Part shown: one piece after another, positions 1 to 10,300 of the stretch | Layout: every line of letters starts with the position of its first letter | Position numbering within the stretch: position 1 is the first letter of the stretch | IMG/VR virus record: IMGVR_UViG_3300023714_000001 | DNA: 64,000 bases | Strand: one strand, 5' to 3' | Origin: a virus | Lineage: Duplodnaviria; Caudoviricetes | The notes under the pieces: generated by a model | Told to the model about the DNA's origin: nothing | The model's database searches: none | What the model saw: the letters and a program-made list of their open reading frames with translations, nothing else | Translations under genes and position numbers: made by a program

Positions 1-1
1 C

Positions 2-319
2 CAGTCATCAACAGGACAAGATACAACAGGAACGTCACCCACAAAACCGAATGCAGGGACTTTTCCGGGGGCGAATGGAGAGTCCATTCCGTATGGGAAC
101 AATAAACAGGAAGACTTGTTGAAAGCCGCAAAAAAATACGAACAATATATGGAAGACCTGCAAGAAAAATTAGCCAAGATACAAGATATCAAAGCGGCAA
201 AAACAATCTATAAGGAAATTGACCGAATAAAAGGATGGTACACAAAGATTGTACGGCTAATAAGTGAACATTACGATATTCAGCCAATAGAGATTAGGAC
301 GGATAAAGAGGAGGTATAA
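2..319 (+). CDS. Hypothetical protein, 5'-truncated (3' end of a gene starting before the window)
   Basis: The frame of ORF 116..319 is open from position 2 (QSSTGQDTTGTSPTKPNAG...). It ends in TAA just before the next gene. Confidence 0.7.
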   Translation, partial: QSSTGQDTTGTSPTKPNAGTFPGANGESIPYGNNKQEDLLKAAKKYEQYMEDLQEKLAKIQDIKAAKTIYKEIDRIKGWYTKIVRLISEHYDIQPIEIRTDKEEV

Positions 320-322
320 TTT

Positions 323-2122
323 TTGCTTGTCAGAAACACAATTATGCCTGTAGAAATATATGGTAAGACGGTAAAAGCTATATATCTTGGAGATTATTAT
401 GGGCATAGTAACATTGTCATTGAAGGCGTACCGAGTGAAGATATTATAATGGAAATCGAGGACGCAGCCGAAAAAACAAAAGATGATCCGGTTTTCAAAA
501 ACCCGTGTATTGAAATCGAGGGGTTGGGACAAGGCACTTATACTATCTACACGACAACGGCTGACAAAAAAGATCGTTCGGCAGGATATACTTTTACAAT
601 CACAGAAGACACGAAAGCGCAGAATGTTCAGCAGGCTGCAGAAATGTCAGGAGTGGCTGACGGTATTTATCTGCAAGAGACAGTAGAAGATATGTCTAAT
701 AAGACAAATGTCGTTTTGTGGTTATGGAAAAGATACAATGAGGCGAAAAATAGTTACGATAAGGATGCTGTCGCGACAACACTGTTTACATACATTGAGC
801 TGCTAAATAAAAGAATGCAAAAGTGCGGCTTTACATCAGAACCGTTTGTTATAGGGATGTTTAATGGCCAACTTAAAATGGATGGCGAGGCAAACCGGAT
901 AATCAGACACAATTTGCTCAACAAAAAAACTGAGATGTTTACGCCCAAACCACTTCAAAGAGTCTTTACTGCACCAGAAGAAGATGGCGGTCTGTATCTG
1001 TATTTAGAAGTTAATGAAGACGGTATGCCAATAAATCTGGCATTGTCTTTTAAGCCGGATACAAAAACGATGGATTCCATCAAGAATAATTTGATCCAGC
1101 GAAATGAAAAATTACAAAGAGCTTTAGAAAGAACCATTGATTATCCGAGATCTTACCTTGAGTTTTCAGAAGATGAATTACAGTGGGTTTCTATAATAGA
1201 TAAACTTCGTGATGGTATTCCTGTATTTAGGGCGCCTGACCTTCAATATGAACACGGGATAATCACCATCACGCCCCACGAAGAAGATATAGGACTATTG
1301 GATTTTGTTAGCGGTAACCTATACCTTGCCATCAACGAACTAGAATATTGCTTAGAAAGTAATCGGCGCAGAATAAGTATGCAGCCTAATGAGTTCTATA
1401 TCTATAACGATAGTTTTGGTATCGGAACAGAACCGTATCTATATTGGATTGAAAACGAAGATGGAAAGGTATTGTCAGATATAAGAGTATTAAACCTGTC
1501 TGTAGACTCAGAGATGGGTGGTGTCGTGTACGATACAGATGATGCAAATTACATCAATGAAAGACTTCGGAAGTTAGAATTGTATCATTATAAAAAACAT
1601 CTTATCCCTATGGCTCAAAATAATACGACAACGCAATCTAATTTCGAAAAGATCACCGATGCTTTTTCAGTGTGCGAATCAGATGGGGAAACACAGCCGG
1701 CTGGAATAACAGACAGTATTCTCGATCGTAACCTTTTGCGGAGTAATATTCTGGATTTTGCGGAAGTCAGCAGGGCTGTAATGCGCGACAAAATCACCTA
1801 CAGCCGCTACGGTACAAATATTATAAAAGACCCGTTCTACTATCGCAGTAAACTCAATACGATCGTTCTTCCTATGGGGCAGGATGTGTTATACAAGATT
1901 GTGTCGTATGATTTTGAGAATGGACGGCAGGTTAAATACATCCCCGCGCAAAATCAAAGCACGCAAGAGTATAGGTTTAATAATGTAGAGTGGGCATATA
2001 TAACTGCATTTGACGCAAAAGACATGAGGACGTCCGGTTACATTATGCTTGACTTTAGTAAGCGAGGCGTATCTGCTAATGTGTACACTTATATGGCGGT
2101 AAATGTGGAGGTGGGTTATTAA
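323..2122 (+). CDS. Hypothetical protein, probably virion structural (599 aa)
   Basis: Long ORF with GAGGAGGT SD and TTG start. TAATG overlap with the next gene. Confidence 0.75.
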   Translation: MLVRNTIMPVEIYGKTVKAIYLGDYYGHSNIVIEGVPSEDIIMEIEDAAEKTKDDPVFKNPCIEIEGLGQGTYTIYTTTADKKDRSAGYTFTITEDTKAQNVQQAAEMSGVADGIYLQETVEDMSNKTNVVLWLWKRYNEAKNSYDKDAVATTLFTYIELLNKRMQKCGFTSEPFVIGMFNGQLKMDGEANRIIRHNLLNKKTEMFTPKPLQRVFTAPEEDGGLYLYLEVNEDGMPINLALSFKPDTKTMDSIKNNLIQRNEKLQRALERTIDYPRSYLEFSEDELQWVSIIDKLRDGIPVFRAPDLQYEHGIITITPHEEDIGLLDFVSGNLYLAINELEYCLESNRRRISMQPNEFYIYNDSFGIGTEPYLYWIENEDGKVLSDIRVLNLSVDSEMGGVVYDTDDANYINERLRKLELYHYKKHLIPMAQNNTTTQSNFEKITDAFSVCESDGETQPAGITDSILDRNLLRSNILDFAEVSRAVMRDKITYSRYGTNIIKDPFYYRSKLNTIVLPMGQDVLYKIVSYDFENGRQVKYIPAQNQSTQEYRFNNVEWAYITAFDAKDMRTSGYIMLDFSKRGVSANVYTYMAVNVEVGY

Positions 2123-2733
2123 TGGCAAGCATAGTCAGTACATTTCAAAAAACAAATTCTTCAAGCCCGTACCCATCGGAAGTTATCAATAGAACCAATA
2201 TTTACAATTCTATGGGCGGCGACTTGGGATTCCGAAACGCATTTACCGTCCACAACTTAAATGGACGGAGATACTATTCATCAATCGACGCAGCGATTCT
2301 CTTTAATGGCCAGATGGTAGATGAAATCGTACAGATTCAGTGGACTATTGAAGAGCAGACAATGCCTCTGTTTGGATATAACAGTTATGTCTGGGACGAA
2401 ATCGCCAAAGGATCAAGAATTATTCGCGGGGCATTTGCAATAAACTTTGTTGTTCCGGACTACTTAAATATGATCCTGGAGAAGTCAATTAAGGACGGCA
2501 GCTTCAAAAACACAGGAAAGCAGACTGAGCCTAATAAACATTCTGCAATGTATTCTAATTCCTTTTCCATTGGCGTGGGGTATGGAAGCAAAGATGATAT
2601 TGTTGGGGAAACCCCGTGTATCATCTTAGAAAATGCAGTCATCCAGTCTTGCGGACAAGCACTGGATACACAGGGGGCAAACCTTGTAGAGATGTACCAG
2701 TTTATCGCTAGGGACAGGAGTTATTCAAGATAA
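2122..2733 (+). CDS. Tail tube-like virion structural protein
   Basis: Pattern YYSSIDAAI-F...IQWTIEEQTMPLFGYNSY-WD-IAKGSRIIRG-FAINF...E-YQFIARD resembles tube-fold proteins of large Firmicute myoviruses. Lies upstream of chaperones and tape measure. Confidence 0.6.
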   Translation: MASIVSTFQKTNSSSPYPSEVINRTNIYNSMGGDLGFRNAFTVHNLNGRRYYSSIDAAILFNGQMVDEIVQIQWTIEEQTMPLFGYNSYVWDEIAKGSRIIRGAFAINFVVPDYLNMILEKSIKDGSFKNTGKQTEPNKHSAMYSNSFSIGVGYGSKDDIVGETPCIILENAVIQSCGQALDTQGANLVEMYQFIARDRSYSR

Positions 2734-2811
2734 AATGTAATAACCTTTTTCTCTTTAGTAATGTGTGCCACGTAGAGCATAACAATTAGAGAGAAAGAGG
2801 TTATTATTTTG
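2732..2811 (+). promoter_or_regulatory. Long RNA hairpin sequestering the RBS and start of the RNA ligase gene
   Basis: 2738-2759 TAATAACCTTTTTCTCTTTAGT pairs with 2785-2806 ATTAGAGAGAAAGAGGTTATTA: 22 bp, and the three non-Watson-Crick positions are all G-U. The right arm contains the SD AAAGAGGT. Confidence 0.7.
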
Positions 2812-3957
2812 CGCAAACTCGCATCTATTCAGGTTATTAAAAAAATTGAGCCAATCGAAGGTGCTGATCGCATCGAAAAAGCAACAGTTCTTGGTTGGCA
2901 CGTTGTAGTTCAAAAAGGACTTTATAAGGAAGGCGACCGCGTTGTCTATTTGGAAATCGATTCTGTTCTTCCGAAGGAACTTGCTGAACGGGCCGGATTC
3001 GCAGATAAGTATTTGAAGACACGTCGCTTTAAAGGTGTTTACTCCCAGGGCATGTGCGTCCCACTTACTGAGCTTTATCATACAAAATTTCCGTATGGCA
3101 GTGGCAGTGCGACAAACATTGTAGAGAAAGCTAAAGATGGGCGATGGGACGATATGAATGTGACCGAGTATCTCGGCATCACAAAGCACGAAGCTGATCA
3201 GCGCAACGACGATCAATGGTGGAAGAGACATCGTGCAGAAGCAAAGCCGCCCAAAAAATGGTATACAAAATTCCGTATTGGCCGTTGGTTTTGGAAAAAG
3301 TTCATCTATAAGCCGGTGTCGGGTCCGTTCCCAGCTGAGCTTGTGCCTAAGACAGACGAAACGCGCGTGCAGATTCTTGGAGATGTTCTGGAAAAATACA
3401 AAGGAATTCGTTGTCAGTATACGGAGAAACTGGATGGTTCTTCTATCACGTTTTGGAAGGACAAAAAAGATAAGCTGCATGTTTGCAGTCGAAACCGCGA
3501 ACTTTTCGACAAGACCGACTTTATGTACGCAACAATCGCAGAAAAGTATGCAGATAAATTCGGCTATGGTTTTGTATATCAGGGGGAAATTCTTGGGCCC
3601 AATATCCAGGGTAATAAGTATGGCGTAAGGGACTATCAGGTATATATTTATCAGGCATATTGCCCGGAAACGAAGGTATATCTTGCGCCAGAAGAACTAA
3701 GCGCACATCTTCAGGCTGCAGGTCTTCCGCAGGTTCCTATCCTTGGAGAGTTTGACCTTACTGACGATATTGACGCTCTCGTTGATATGTCTATTGGAAT
3801 GAGCGTCCTGGCAAGCCGAGGAAAAGATACGCAGCGCGAAGGTATCGTTATCCGCCCCTTGGAGAATATCGACGGATTGTATGATGGACGCTTTGTTGGC
3901 GGTCGCCTTTCTTTCAAGGCAATCAATCCTAAGTTTCTGGTAAAATACAATTTGTAA
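2809..3957 (+). CDS. ATP-dependent RNA ligase, DRB0094/Rnl2-like family with N-terminal OB domain
   Basis: N-terminus MRKLASIQ...IEGADRIE...GW-VVV-KG. Nucleotidyltransferase motif I TEKLDGSS, then YQGE, REGIVIR and SFKAIN. Confidence 0.9.
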   Translation: MRKLASIQVIKKIEPIEGADRIEKATVLGWHVVVQKGLYKEGDRVVYLEIDSVLPKELAERAGFADKYLKTRRFKGVYSQGMCVPLTELYHTKFPYGSGSATNIVEKAKDGRWDDMNVTEYLGITKHEADQRNDDQWWKRHRAEAKPPKKWYTKFRIGRWFWKKFIYKPVSGPFPAELVPKTDETRVQILGDVLEKYKGIRCQYTEKLDGSSITFWKDKKDKLHVCSRNRELFDKTDFMYATIAEKYADKFGYGFVYQGEILGPNIQGNKYGVRDYQVYIYQAYCPETKVYLAPEELSAHLQAAGLPQVPILGEFDLTDDIDALVDMSIGMSVLASRGKDTQREGIVIRPLENIDGLYDGRFVGGRLSFKAINPKFLVKYNL

Positions 3958-3980
3958 GGAGAATAAAAACTTCTGCTAAA

Positions 3981-4019
3981 TAATAAAGACACCGAGCATA
4001 AAACTCGGTGTCTTTATTA
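3981..4019. terminator. Bidirectional intrinsic terminator between convergent ligase and rep genes
   Basis: TAATAAAGACACCGAG-CATAAAA-CTCGGTGTCTTTATTA, a 16-bp perfect inverted repeat. Confidence 0.85.
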
Positions 4020-5327
4020 TTTTAATCCGCCAGGTAAATCGCCATGCTTTTCCTGCCACTCTCTAAGAAAGTCATTATTTTCAGGTGTCTGTATTGTAGA
4101 ATCATCCACATGGTTGCGAATAGACTCTGATATTTTAAGCGGCTCAAAGATAAGGTCATAATTAGAAGCCGCATCTATAACGTCATCTCTGTATTGTGGG
4201 GCGCGAAGCACAATCCGGGTTGCCAGCGTTTTGAACGGCTCATCAGATAGATTGCTTTTAAGCATTGTTCTAAGGTATCCGCCCGAATTGATAGAATCTG
4301 GCGGGGTTCCTTTTTCTTGAAGTTTGCCTAAATTAATACAGGTCTCGAGAATGGCACGCCAGACTTTAGCCGGCTGTGACTGATACTTTGCTATTGATGT
4401 TTTACCAAACCCCAAGGACTCCATCTTCGAAGATAGGTAGTCCCAAGAAGGAACACCATATTCATCAAAAATAGCATAAACATGATGAGCTGGCAGCAAG
4501 GGCGTCGGCGCCGCATTTAATGCAACGACAAAGATGAATTCGGTAAGTCGCTGGCCGGGGACATTTGTTGTAATCTCATCTTCGTTCAAAATACGGAACT
4601 GAGATTTCGGCGAGGAGTTGATATCCTCAATAGCTTTTTGTATGACATTGCGCTTATAGTCATTAGGGCTGGCCAGCTTGAATTTTCCTGTCTTGGGATT
4701 AACAGGGGTAGGGACACGCAAACGAAGTTCTTTGTAAGATACCGTTATTCTGTATGGATACGGAGATTCGTTAATCTTTTCCTCCGCAACCCTTGCAGAG
4801 AGCCATTCATAAAATGGATAAGTGTAAGCACTGGAGCTTTGTTCATGGAATTCGTAATCCATTTGAAAAGCAGGGTTACACAACACATTCTCTATGTAAA
4901 AATCCTGATACTCTTTATTTATTGTAATGCGGACAAGTCCTTTGCTCTGATTTTGTTTAACCGAAGAAAGTATCCAGTACGTAGCTTTTTTAAACCCCTG
5001 ATTTCTTTCGGTGTTATGCTTGAAATGAACTGTAACATTGAGGGGGACTTTTGTCAGGTCGTCAAAGACCTTCTCGAAAGATTGGTAAAGAGAGTGCCAG
5101 CTTTTCACATTCTTGGCTACAGCCAGTTTGCGGAAATCTATATCAAAGGTGATGGGGACAGTTATATCTCCGCCATTTTCTACATAGTCTTGGATACCCT
5201 TACGAATAGCAACAATGAAGTCAGACTCATGTTTTGTTGTGGCGCGATTCGGGCTGCCTGCTGCAAGTTCTAGGCTAGAGAAAAGTGAAGTCTGCTCAAA
5301 ATGCTTTTCCAAAGATAACGCCTCCAA
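4017..5327 (-). CDS. Plasmid-type replication initiator (Rep_3 / RepB-like winged helix)
   Basis: S-YTYPFYEWL...ITVSYKELR...NDYKRNVIQKAIEDIN...EFIF matches the Rep_3 WH2 pattern. Adjacent to an iteron array and DnaA boxes. Confidence 0.8.
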   Translation of the reverse strand: MEALSLEKHFEQTSLFSSLELAAGSPNRATTKHESDFIVAIRKGIQDYVENGGDITVPITFDIDFRKLAVAKNVKSWHSLYQSFEKVFDDLTKVPLNVTVHFKHNTERNQGFKKATYWILSSVKQNQSKGLVRITINKEYQDFYIENVLCNPAFQMDYEFHEQSSSAYTYPFYEWLSARVAEEKINESPYPYRITVSYKELRLRVPTPVNPKTGKFKLASPNDYKRNVIQKAIEDINSSPKSQFRILNEDEITTNVPGQRLTEFIFVVALNAAPTPLLPAHHVYAIFDEYGVPSWDYLSSKMESLGFGKTSIAKYQSQPAKVWRAILETCINLGKLQEKGTPPDSINSGGYLRTMLKSNLSDEPFKTLATRIVLRAPQYRDDVIDAASNYDLIFEPLKISESIRNHVDDSTIQTPENNDFLREWQEKHGDLPGGLK

Positions 5328-5351
5328 TCAATAACTTCATTTACAAAAAAC

Positions 5352-5380
5352 ATATTAGCACGAGCAAATAATAAAATCAA
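5352..5380 (-). promoter_or_regulatory. Putative sigma-A promoter of rep
   Basis: Minus strand TTGATT-N17-TAATAT with extended TG. An iteron-like TTTCGGAGG (5388-5396) lies just upstream, suggesting autoregulation. Confidence 0.5.
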
Positions 5381-5387
5381 GAATAAT

Positions 5388-5820
5388 TTTCGGAGGTTTT
5401 ATAAAGATAATAATAAAAGAAATAAGAAAAACATATAAGGCATGGTAATTTGCGCTAAACCCGCATGGAATAAGGGAAAACCTCCGAGTTTTTTATAAAC
5501 CTCCGAGTTATAAATAGACTACCTCCGAGGAAAAAATCAACAACCTCCGAGTTTTGTATAACGACCTGCGAGTTTTTCATAGACCACTTGCGAGTTTTTC
5601 ATAAAAATATACATAACTCTGTGGATAACTATGTTGATAACTCACATAGAGTTGTGGATAAGTGTGCCGTATTGCCCATGCGTACAGGGGGTGTGGCGAT
5701 TTTAATGTAAAACTCGGAGGCTGAAGAAAAACGTTATAAATAACTCGGAGGCTGGATTATGTTATGTAAAACTCGGAGGTCGTTTTTTTGTATAACGCAT
5801 TTTATGTAAAACTCGGAAGT
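5388..5820. repeat. Iteron-type replication origin
   Basis: Six direct CCTCCGAG-type cores at 5481, 5500, 5522, 5544, 5565 and 5587 (spacing 19/22/22/21/22). Four inverted copies (CTCGGAGG or CTCGGAAG) at 5713, 5744, 5772 and 5812. Consensus about TTATGTAAAACTCGGAGGT. AT-rich tract at 5397-5438. Confidence 0.85.
5620..5661. promoter_or_regulatory. DnaA boxes
   Basis: TGTGGATAA at 5620-5628 and 5653-5661 (perfect) and TGTTGATAA at 5632-5640 (1 mismatch), between the two iteron blocks. Confidence 0.8.
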
Positions 5821-5846
5821 TAGTGTTGGATTATCTTGTTAATAAC

Positions 5847-5857
5847 AGTAATGTACG
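5847..5857 (+). promoter_or_regulatory. Putative phage-specific promoter motif RGTAATRTNYG (also at 2757, 40016, 55796, 61826)
   Basis: Five intergenic copies, each 51-66 nt before a start codon. Confidence 0.55.
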
Positions 5858-5897
5858 AACTAGCAAATAAGAACATATAGTTTTTGTGGAGGAAATA

Positions 5898-6347
5898 ATG
5901 AGTAAGGAAAAAGATACCAATATTGACGAGCAGGCTGAAATTGCAGCTCTTGAAGCAGAAGCACTGAAGGAAGAACAGCCGTCAGAATCTGAGCAGGTAG
6001 CAGATGAATTGCCGGTGATCCCTGGCACGACAGTAACGGCAGCTGAACTCGATAAATTTAAGCAGGAGTACAAAAAAGTGTTCCTGACGGATTATATGGG
6101 TAAGCGTTATCTGTGGCATCGTCTCAACCGTAAGAAGTTTGGCGAAATTTGCGATGCCACAGAAGATATCAAGGATGATGACGAGCTCCTGTCCGCCCGC
6201 GAAAAAGAATTCGTAAAAGCGTGCGTTCTGTATCCGGGTGCAGAAGAGGTTGCAGAAGACGTTGAGGACGAGATGATTTCTTCCCGTATCTCCAGAGAAA
6301 TCCTTTTCAAATCCGGTTTCTATCAGCCGACCACGGTAGAGCTGTAA
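5898..6347 (+). CDS. Tail assembly chaperone-like protein
   Basis: GGAGGA SD before ATG 5898. Acidic N-terminus then VF...LNRK-F...CVLYP...ISREIL-KS domain. Lies upstream of the tape-measure-position gene. Confidence 0.55.
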   Translation: MSKEKDTNIDEQAEIAALEAEALKEEQPSESEQVADELPVIPGTTVTAAELDKFKQEYKKVFLTDYMGKRYLWHRLNRKKFGEICDATEDIKDDDELLSAREKEFVKACVLYPGAEEVAEDVEDEMISSRISREILFKSGFYQPTTVEL

Positions 6348-6363
6348 TCGCGAGGTGATTCCC

Positions 6364-7338
6364 ATGAAGATGAAAACGGGTGGGATGGCCAAACAGCAGC
6401 CTCACGAAGTAGACCTGAAGGAACTGTATGAGCAGTACCTTGACAAATATGGTCAAGTATTTATGCATGATTTTGGTGAGAATGGCGTTTTCATATTCAA
6501 AAGTCTTGGACGGAAAGATTTTCGGGAGTTACGCGATTCGGACGCCATCAACGATTATGCTAAAGAAGAAATTATCTGCGAGCAGTGCGTTCTTTATCCT
6601 AAAGGGTTTGACTTTGAGAATTGCGATGAAGCTGGTCTTCCCACGCAGCTTGCCAATTTAATTTTAGAAAAATCCCTGTTAAAGAGTAGCGACCAGCTTG
6701 CGAAAGCTATTCACTATTTTCGCGACAGATTGTGGGATACGACAGATGAACAGCTGACGTGTATAATTCACGAGGCGTTTCCGGAATACACAATCGAAGA
6801 GATTGCGAACTGGGATGTCATGAAAACCGCGGAATATATGACAAAAGCCGAATATATCCTGCATAAGCTTCGCGGCATCCCATTGACAGATACGCAGGGC
6901 AATGAAGTAGAGTACGTTCCGCCCAGTGTGCGTCAAGAGGTGCAGCAGCCACCGCAGAATAACATACCTACACAAACAATGGAAGAACGCTTTGCGAAAG
7001 TTGATAATGTGCCTGCACCAAAAATGGATCGCAACGAAGTGCTTAGACCCAAAAAGCAGCCACAACAACCAGCCCCGGTCCGAAACGGCAAGGATAAGCA
7101 AGCGAGACTTGCACAGCTCAGGCATTTGCAGCAGGTGGCTCCTATCGACCCGAACACAGGAATGGCTATCGACTGGGCAAATGATTCTGTTATGCAAAAT
7201 GGTTTTGATGCTCTGCGCAACCAGAGTTTTGACGATAGGCCGATCGCGGAAATCCCAATCGATGATTCGGAAGAAGGCATGAATGCAATTCCTGAAGCAC
7301 TTAGAAGTAGATTCAAAGTTATCAAACAAGAGGACTAA
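6364..7338 (+). CDS. Tail assembly chaperone-like protein (paralog of previous gene, with C-terminal extension)
   Basis: GAGGTG SD before ATG 6364. Shares VF...LGRKDF...CVLYP...LANLILEKS with 5898..6347. Confidence 0.55.
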   Translation: MKMKTGGMAKQQPHEVDLKELYEQYLDKYGQVFMHDFGENGVFIFKSLGRKDFRELRDSDAINDYAKEEIICEQCVLYPKGFDFENCDEAGLPTQLANLILEKSLLKSSDQLAKAIHYFRDRLWDTTDEQLTCIIHEAFPEYTIEEIANWDVMKTAEYMTKAEYILHKLRGIPLTDTQGNEVEYVPPSVRQEVQQPPQNNIPTQTMEERFAKVDNVPAPKMDRNEVLRPKKQPQQPAPVRNGKDKQARLAQLRHLQQVAPIDPNTGMAIDWANDSVMQNGFDALRNQSFDDRPIAEIPIDDSEEGMNAIPEALRSRFKVIKQED

Positions 7339-7341
7339 TGA

Positions 7342-10300
7342 ATGGCTGAAGACAAGCTTTATGAAGAAGCAAATGAAGACCTCAGTGATACACTCATAGA
7401 TTTTGGCACAGATATAGCCGCCGCAGGTGTAGCGGCGGTTTCTTTTTATCGTGCTGGCGGAGTGAGAACACTGTCAAAAAAACTCTCGGATTATAGCCAC
7501 TCCGGATTAAAAAGGGCTGTTGATGATTTTCGAGCGCTTGACTACGATCATATTAATTATCGGACGCTAAAAAAAACATACGAACAGATTCGTAATGGGA
7601 TGAGAAATTTTAAAGCTCAACCTCATGACAATCGCATTCGTTGGGAGGCAAGGCCAGGCACGCCCATAGAGCTGATCATGGAAGCTGCAAAGCTTCGAGA
7701 GTCATCACCTGTAATACAGGAAAATGCCAGATGGCAAAGAGAAGTTGTAAGGCGTATACAGAAAACCGCATATAAGAATCTGAGCGCTGCGCTGGGTGCT
7801 GCAAAGATAAAAAACAGGGACACGATAAAATTAGCGCAGGCTCAAATGGCAAAGCTCGTTGCCCATGTGGCCAGCGAAGCAAGAAAAGGACATGTAGACT
7901 TTGATACAGCAAGGCTTCAGAAAAACTTTAAGGTAACTGGTGCGGGCGGAGATTTTTATCAAAAAGTTATTGACACTGCAAAATCGCAGGCTGAAAAATT
8001 CTCCCTTAATGCAGCAAAACATAAAGGGAGAACTATTGAAAACCAGATAGCCGACAGGCTTGAAGCGGTAGAAACGCTTGAACGGGCAGCCGGAGGCAGA
8101 TACTCTGGAAATACCCTTCGCGATAAAGCATTTGGCGATGGGCTGGTAACAATCCGCGACACGCTCAGTCATGCAGATAGATTCAATGACACTGACGGCA
8201 CCTTATTTATAGGCAGTGACCATTCCGTAAAAGAAAGGTCTTTTCTAAAGGCGTTACAAGAACTCCATGAAAGAGTAAAAGCTAAAAACGATAAAGAAAT
8301 GCTTGAACGCTTTGAAAATATCGTTATAGACCCGCATCTACGTAAAACCGCTGATGGGGAAATATATTCTCTTGACCCATTGTATAAAGCAAGATACAAG
8401 GTTCTCAAAAGTCTGGCTTACACTATGCCGGGGAAAATTCTGAAGCTTGCAGATATGATGATGTCTGAGGCTACGCCGGCGTTTTATCAGTTCAAAAAAG
8501 GTACGCTTAATCCGGTGCTCGCGGCTTTTGAAGAAGGCAACACGACTAAGCGTATCATGAGTGACTACTTCTACATGGCCGGAAAAGTATTCCGGTATGA
8601 TGAAGAAAGCAACAAGTTGCTGGATGAATCCGTAAAAGAACTAGATGGCGGCACACTCTTTTCCACTAGATTTGCAGGCATGGCAAACCTGTATAAAGAC
8701 ATCAATGGTCTTAATGCTCAGCGCGTAAGACAAGACGGGTCAATAAGCAAGATTCTTGACCTTAATGCTGCACCGGGAATGAATCCGTGGGATTATCTGG
8801 CTGGATATTTTAGCGGAGAACGGGATAAAAAATATCTACCCAACGTCATTAAAGATATCAAGAGTGGGAATCTTTTTTCAACATCTGACGATATTGATGA
8901 TGTGTATGAAAGATTGTCCAGCTTAAACATCTTTTTAAATAAGAGCACAAGAGGCTTGACGCTGCCCATGCTCAGTGCTCTCGAAAATGTGGCGAGAGAA
9001 ACAGCTGCTCAGGACGGTAGAGACGCCCTTGAAATTATCAGCCTCCTAAGACTAAATAATGGTGAACAAATTCTTGACGGCGTAAAAGCCATGGTTGGGG
9101 CTCATGGCGGTACAGATGGCGCGTTTTTGAATAACCGTCTTAATCGTCTGGTAAGCAAATTTGCACGAAACGAATCCGCAACAAAGGGATCTGTCGAACT
9201 TTTAGAAGACATTTCTGGTGCTTGGACTGATGATATTTCCGCTGCCGGTGGCTTAGATTTTTATGGGCAGCTACAGAGAGAGCTGTCTAAAGAAGCGTTA
9301 ATGCGTATGGCAGAAAACTCTCGTGACGAGGCCGGCGGCTTATACAATGCGATAAAAGGTGTTATTGAAAAAAGCAGCATGTCTCACGCTGACGAGGAAG
9401 CCGCAAAAAGACTGGCCTATACGTCAATCTTGGATAATGAAACCATGAATGCGTTTACCGGCTTCGGGAAATATCAGCGTAGCGAGTATGATGTTGTCGA
9501 TCCGATAACCAACCAGTCCTTACTGGAGAGCCTTATCGCAAAATATACCACTGTTGCGGGCGGAAAAACTACGCGGGCAGGCGAACAAGATGCGTCCAGG
9601 GTTATCCAGGATATGGTTAATGATGGCCATGAATGGCAGATGCTGCATGCTAATGGACGCAACCATGAGAGTGATATACCCGAGCAGTACATTGAATCCG
9701 ACTATGCAATACTCCGCAAAAGCTCCGGGCCCTTGGAAATTCTAAAAGCCATAAATCAATCCATAACGGATAGTTCGTTAGATGCACTCAAAGATGAAGG
9801 AATGAACTTCATTAATCAGCTCAAGGCTGGCGGACATGATGCTGGGAATCTATCCAGAATGACGATGGTTCCGTATTTCTTCTTGCGGCGCTTAGGTGGA
9901 GATGATCTGCCTCCTTTTTTACAGTTTTCAAACGAGGCTCTTGATAGCACATGGGGGTTAACAAAAGCAATAGCTAAAAGAATCGCTCCTGTGGCTATCG
10001 GAGAAACTTATCTTGAGTGGGGCGACGATACTGTAGGTGCAGTTACCGGTGTCAGACCAAGTGCGGGATTCGTAAACACTCTGGATTACATGGATATTGG
10101 CGCGAGGACTATGCTGGATATGACCGGGATAGGTGGCTTTCTTGAAAGCGAATCTTATGTCAATCCTATCATGCAATATTGGGGTGGCCGGGATGGCTAT
10201 TATGATGCCGACGAAGAACGTGATTTTATTGCCAATGGATATGAAGCGGTAAGGCGCGGACGCTATTGGTCATTTGGTTCGGTAAATGAGTTCCGTGGTT

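Noticed and set aside
5620-5661. Chromosomal oriC
   Set aside because: Only three DnaA boxes, no dnaA/dnaN/gidA context, and embedded in an iteron replicon among phage genes.
5479-5820. Repeat array as a CRISPR or mini-array
   Set aside because: Repeats are short (12-19 bp), degenerate, in both orientations and phased at about 22 bp next to a Rep gene and DnaA boxes. There are no cas genes. They fit iterons.
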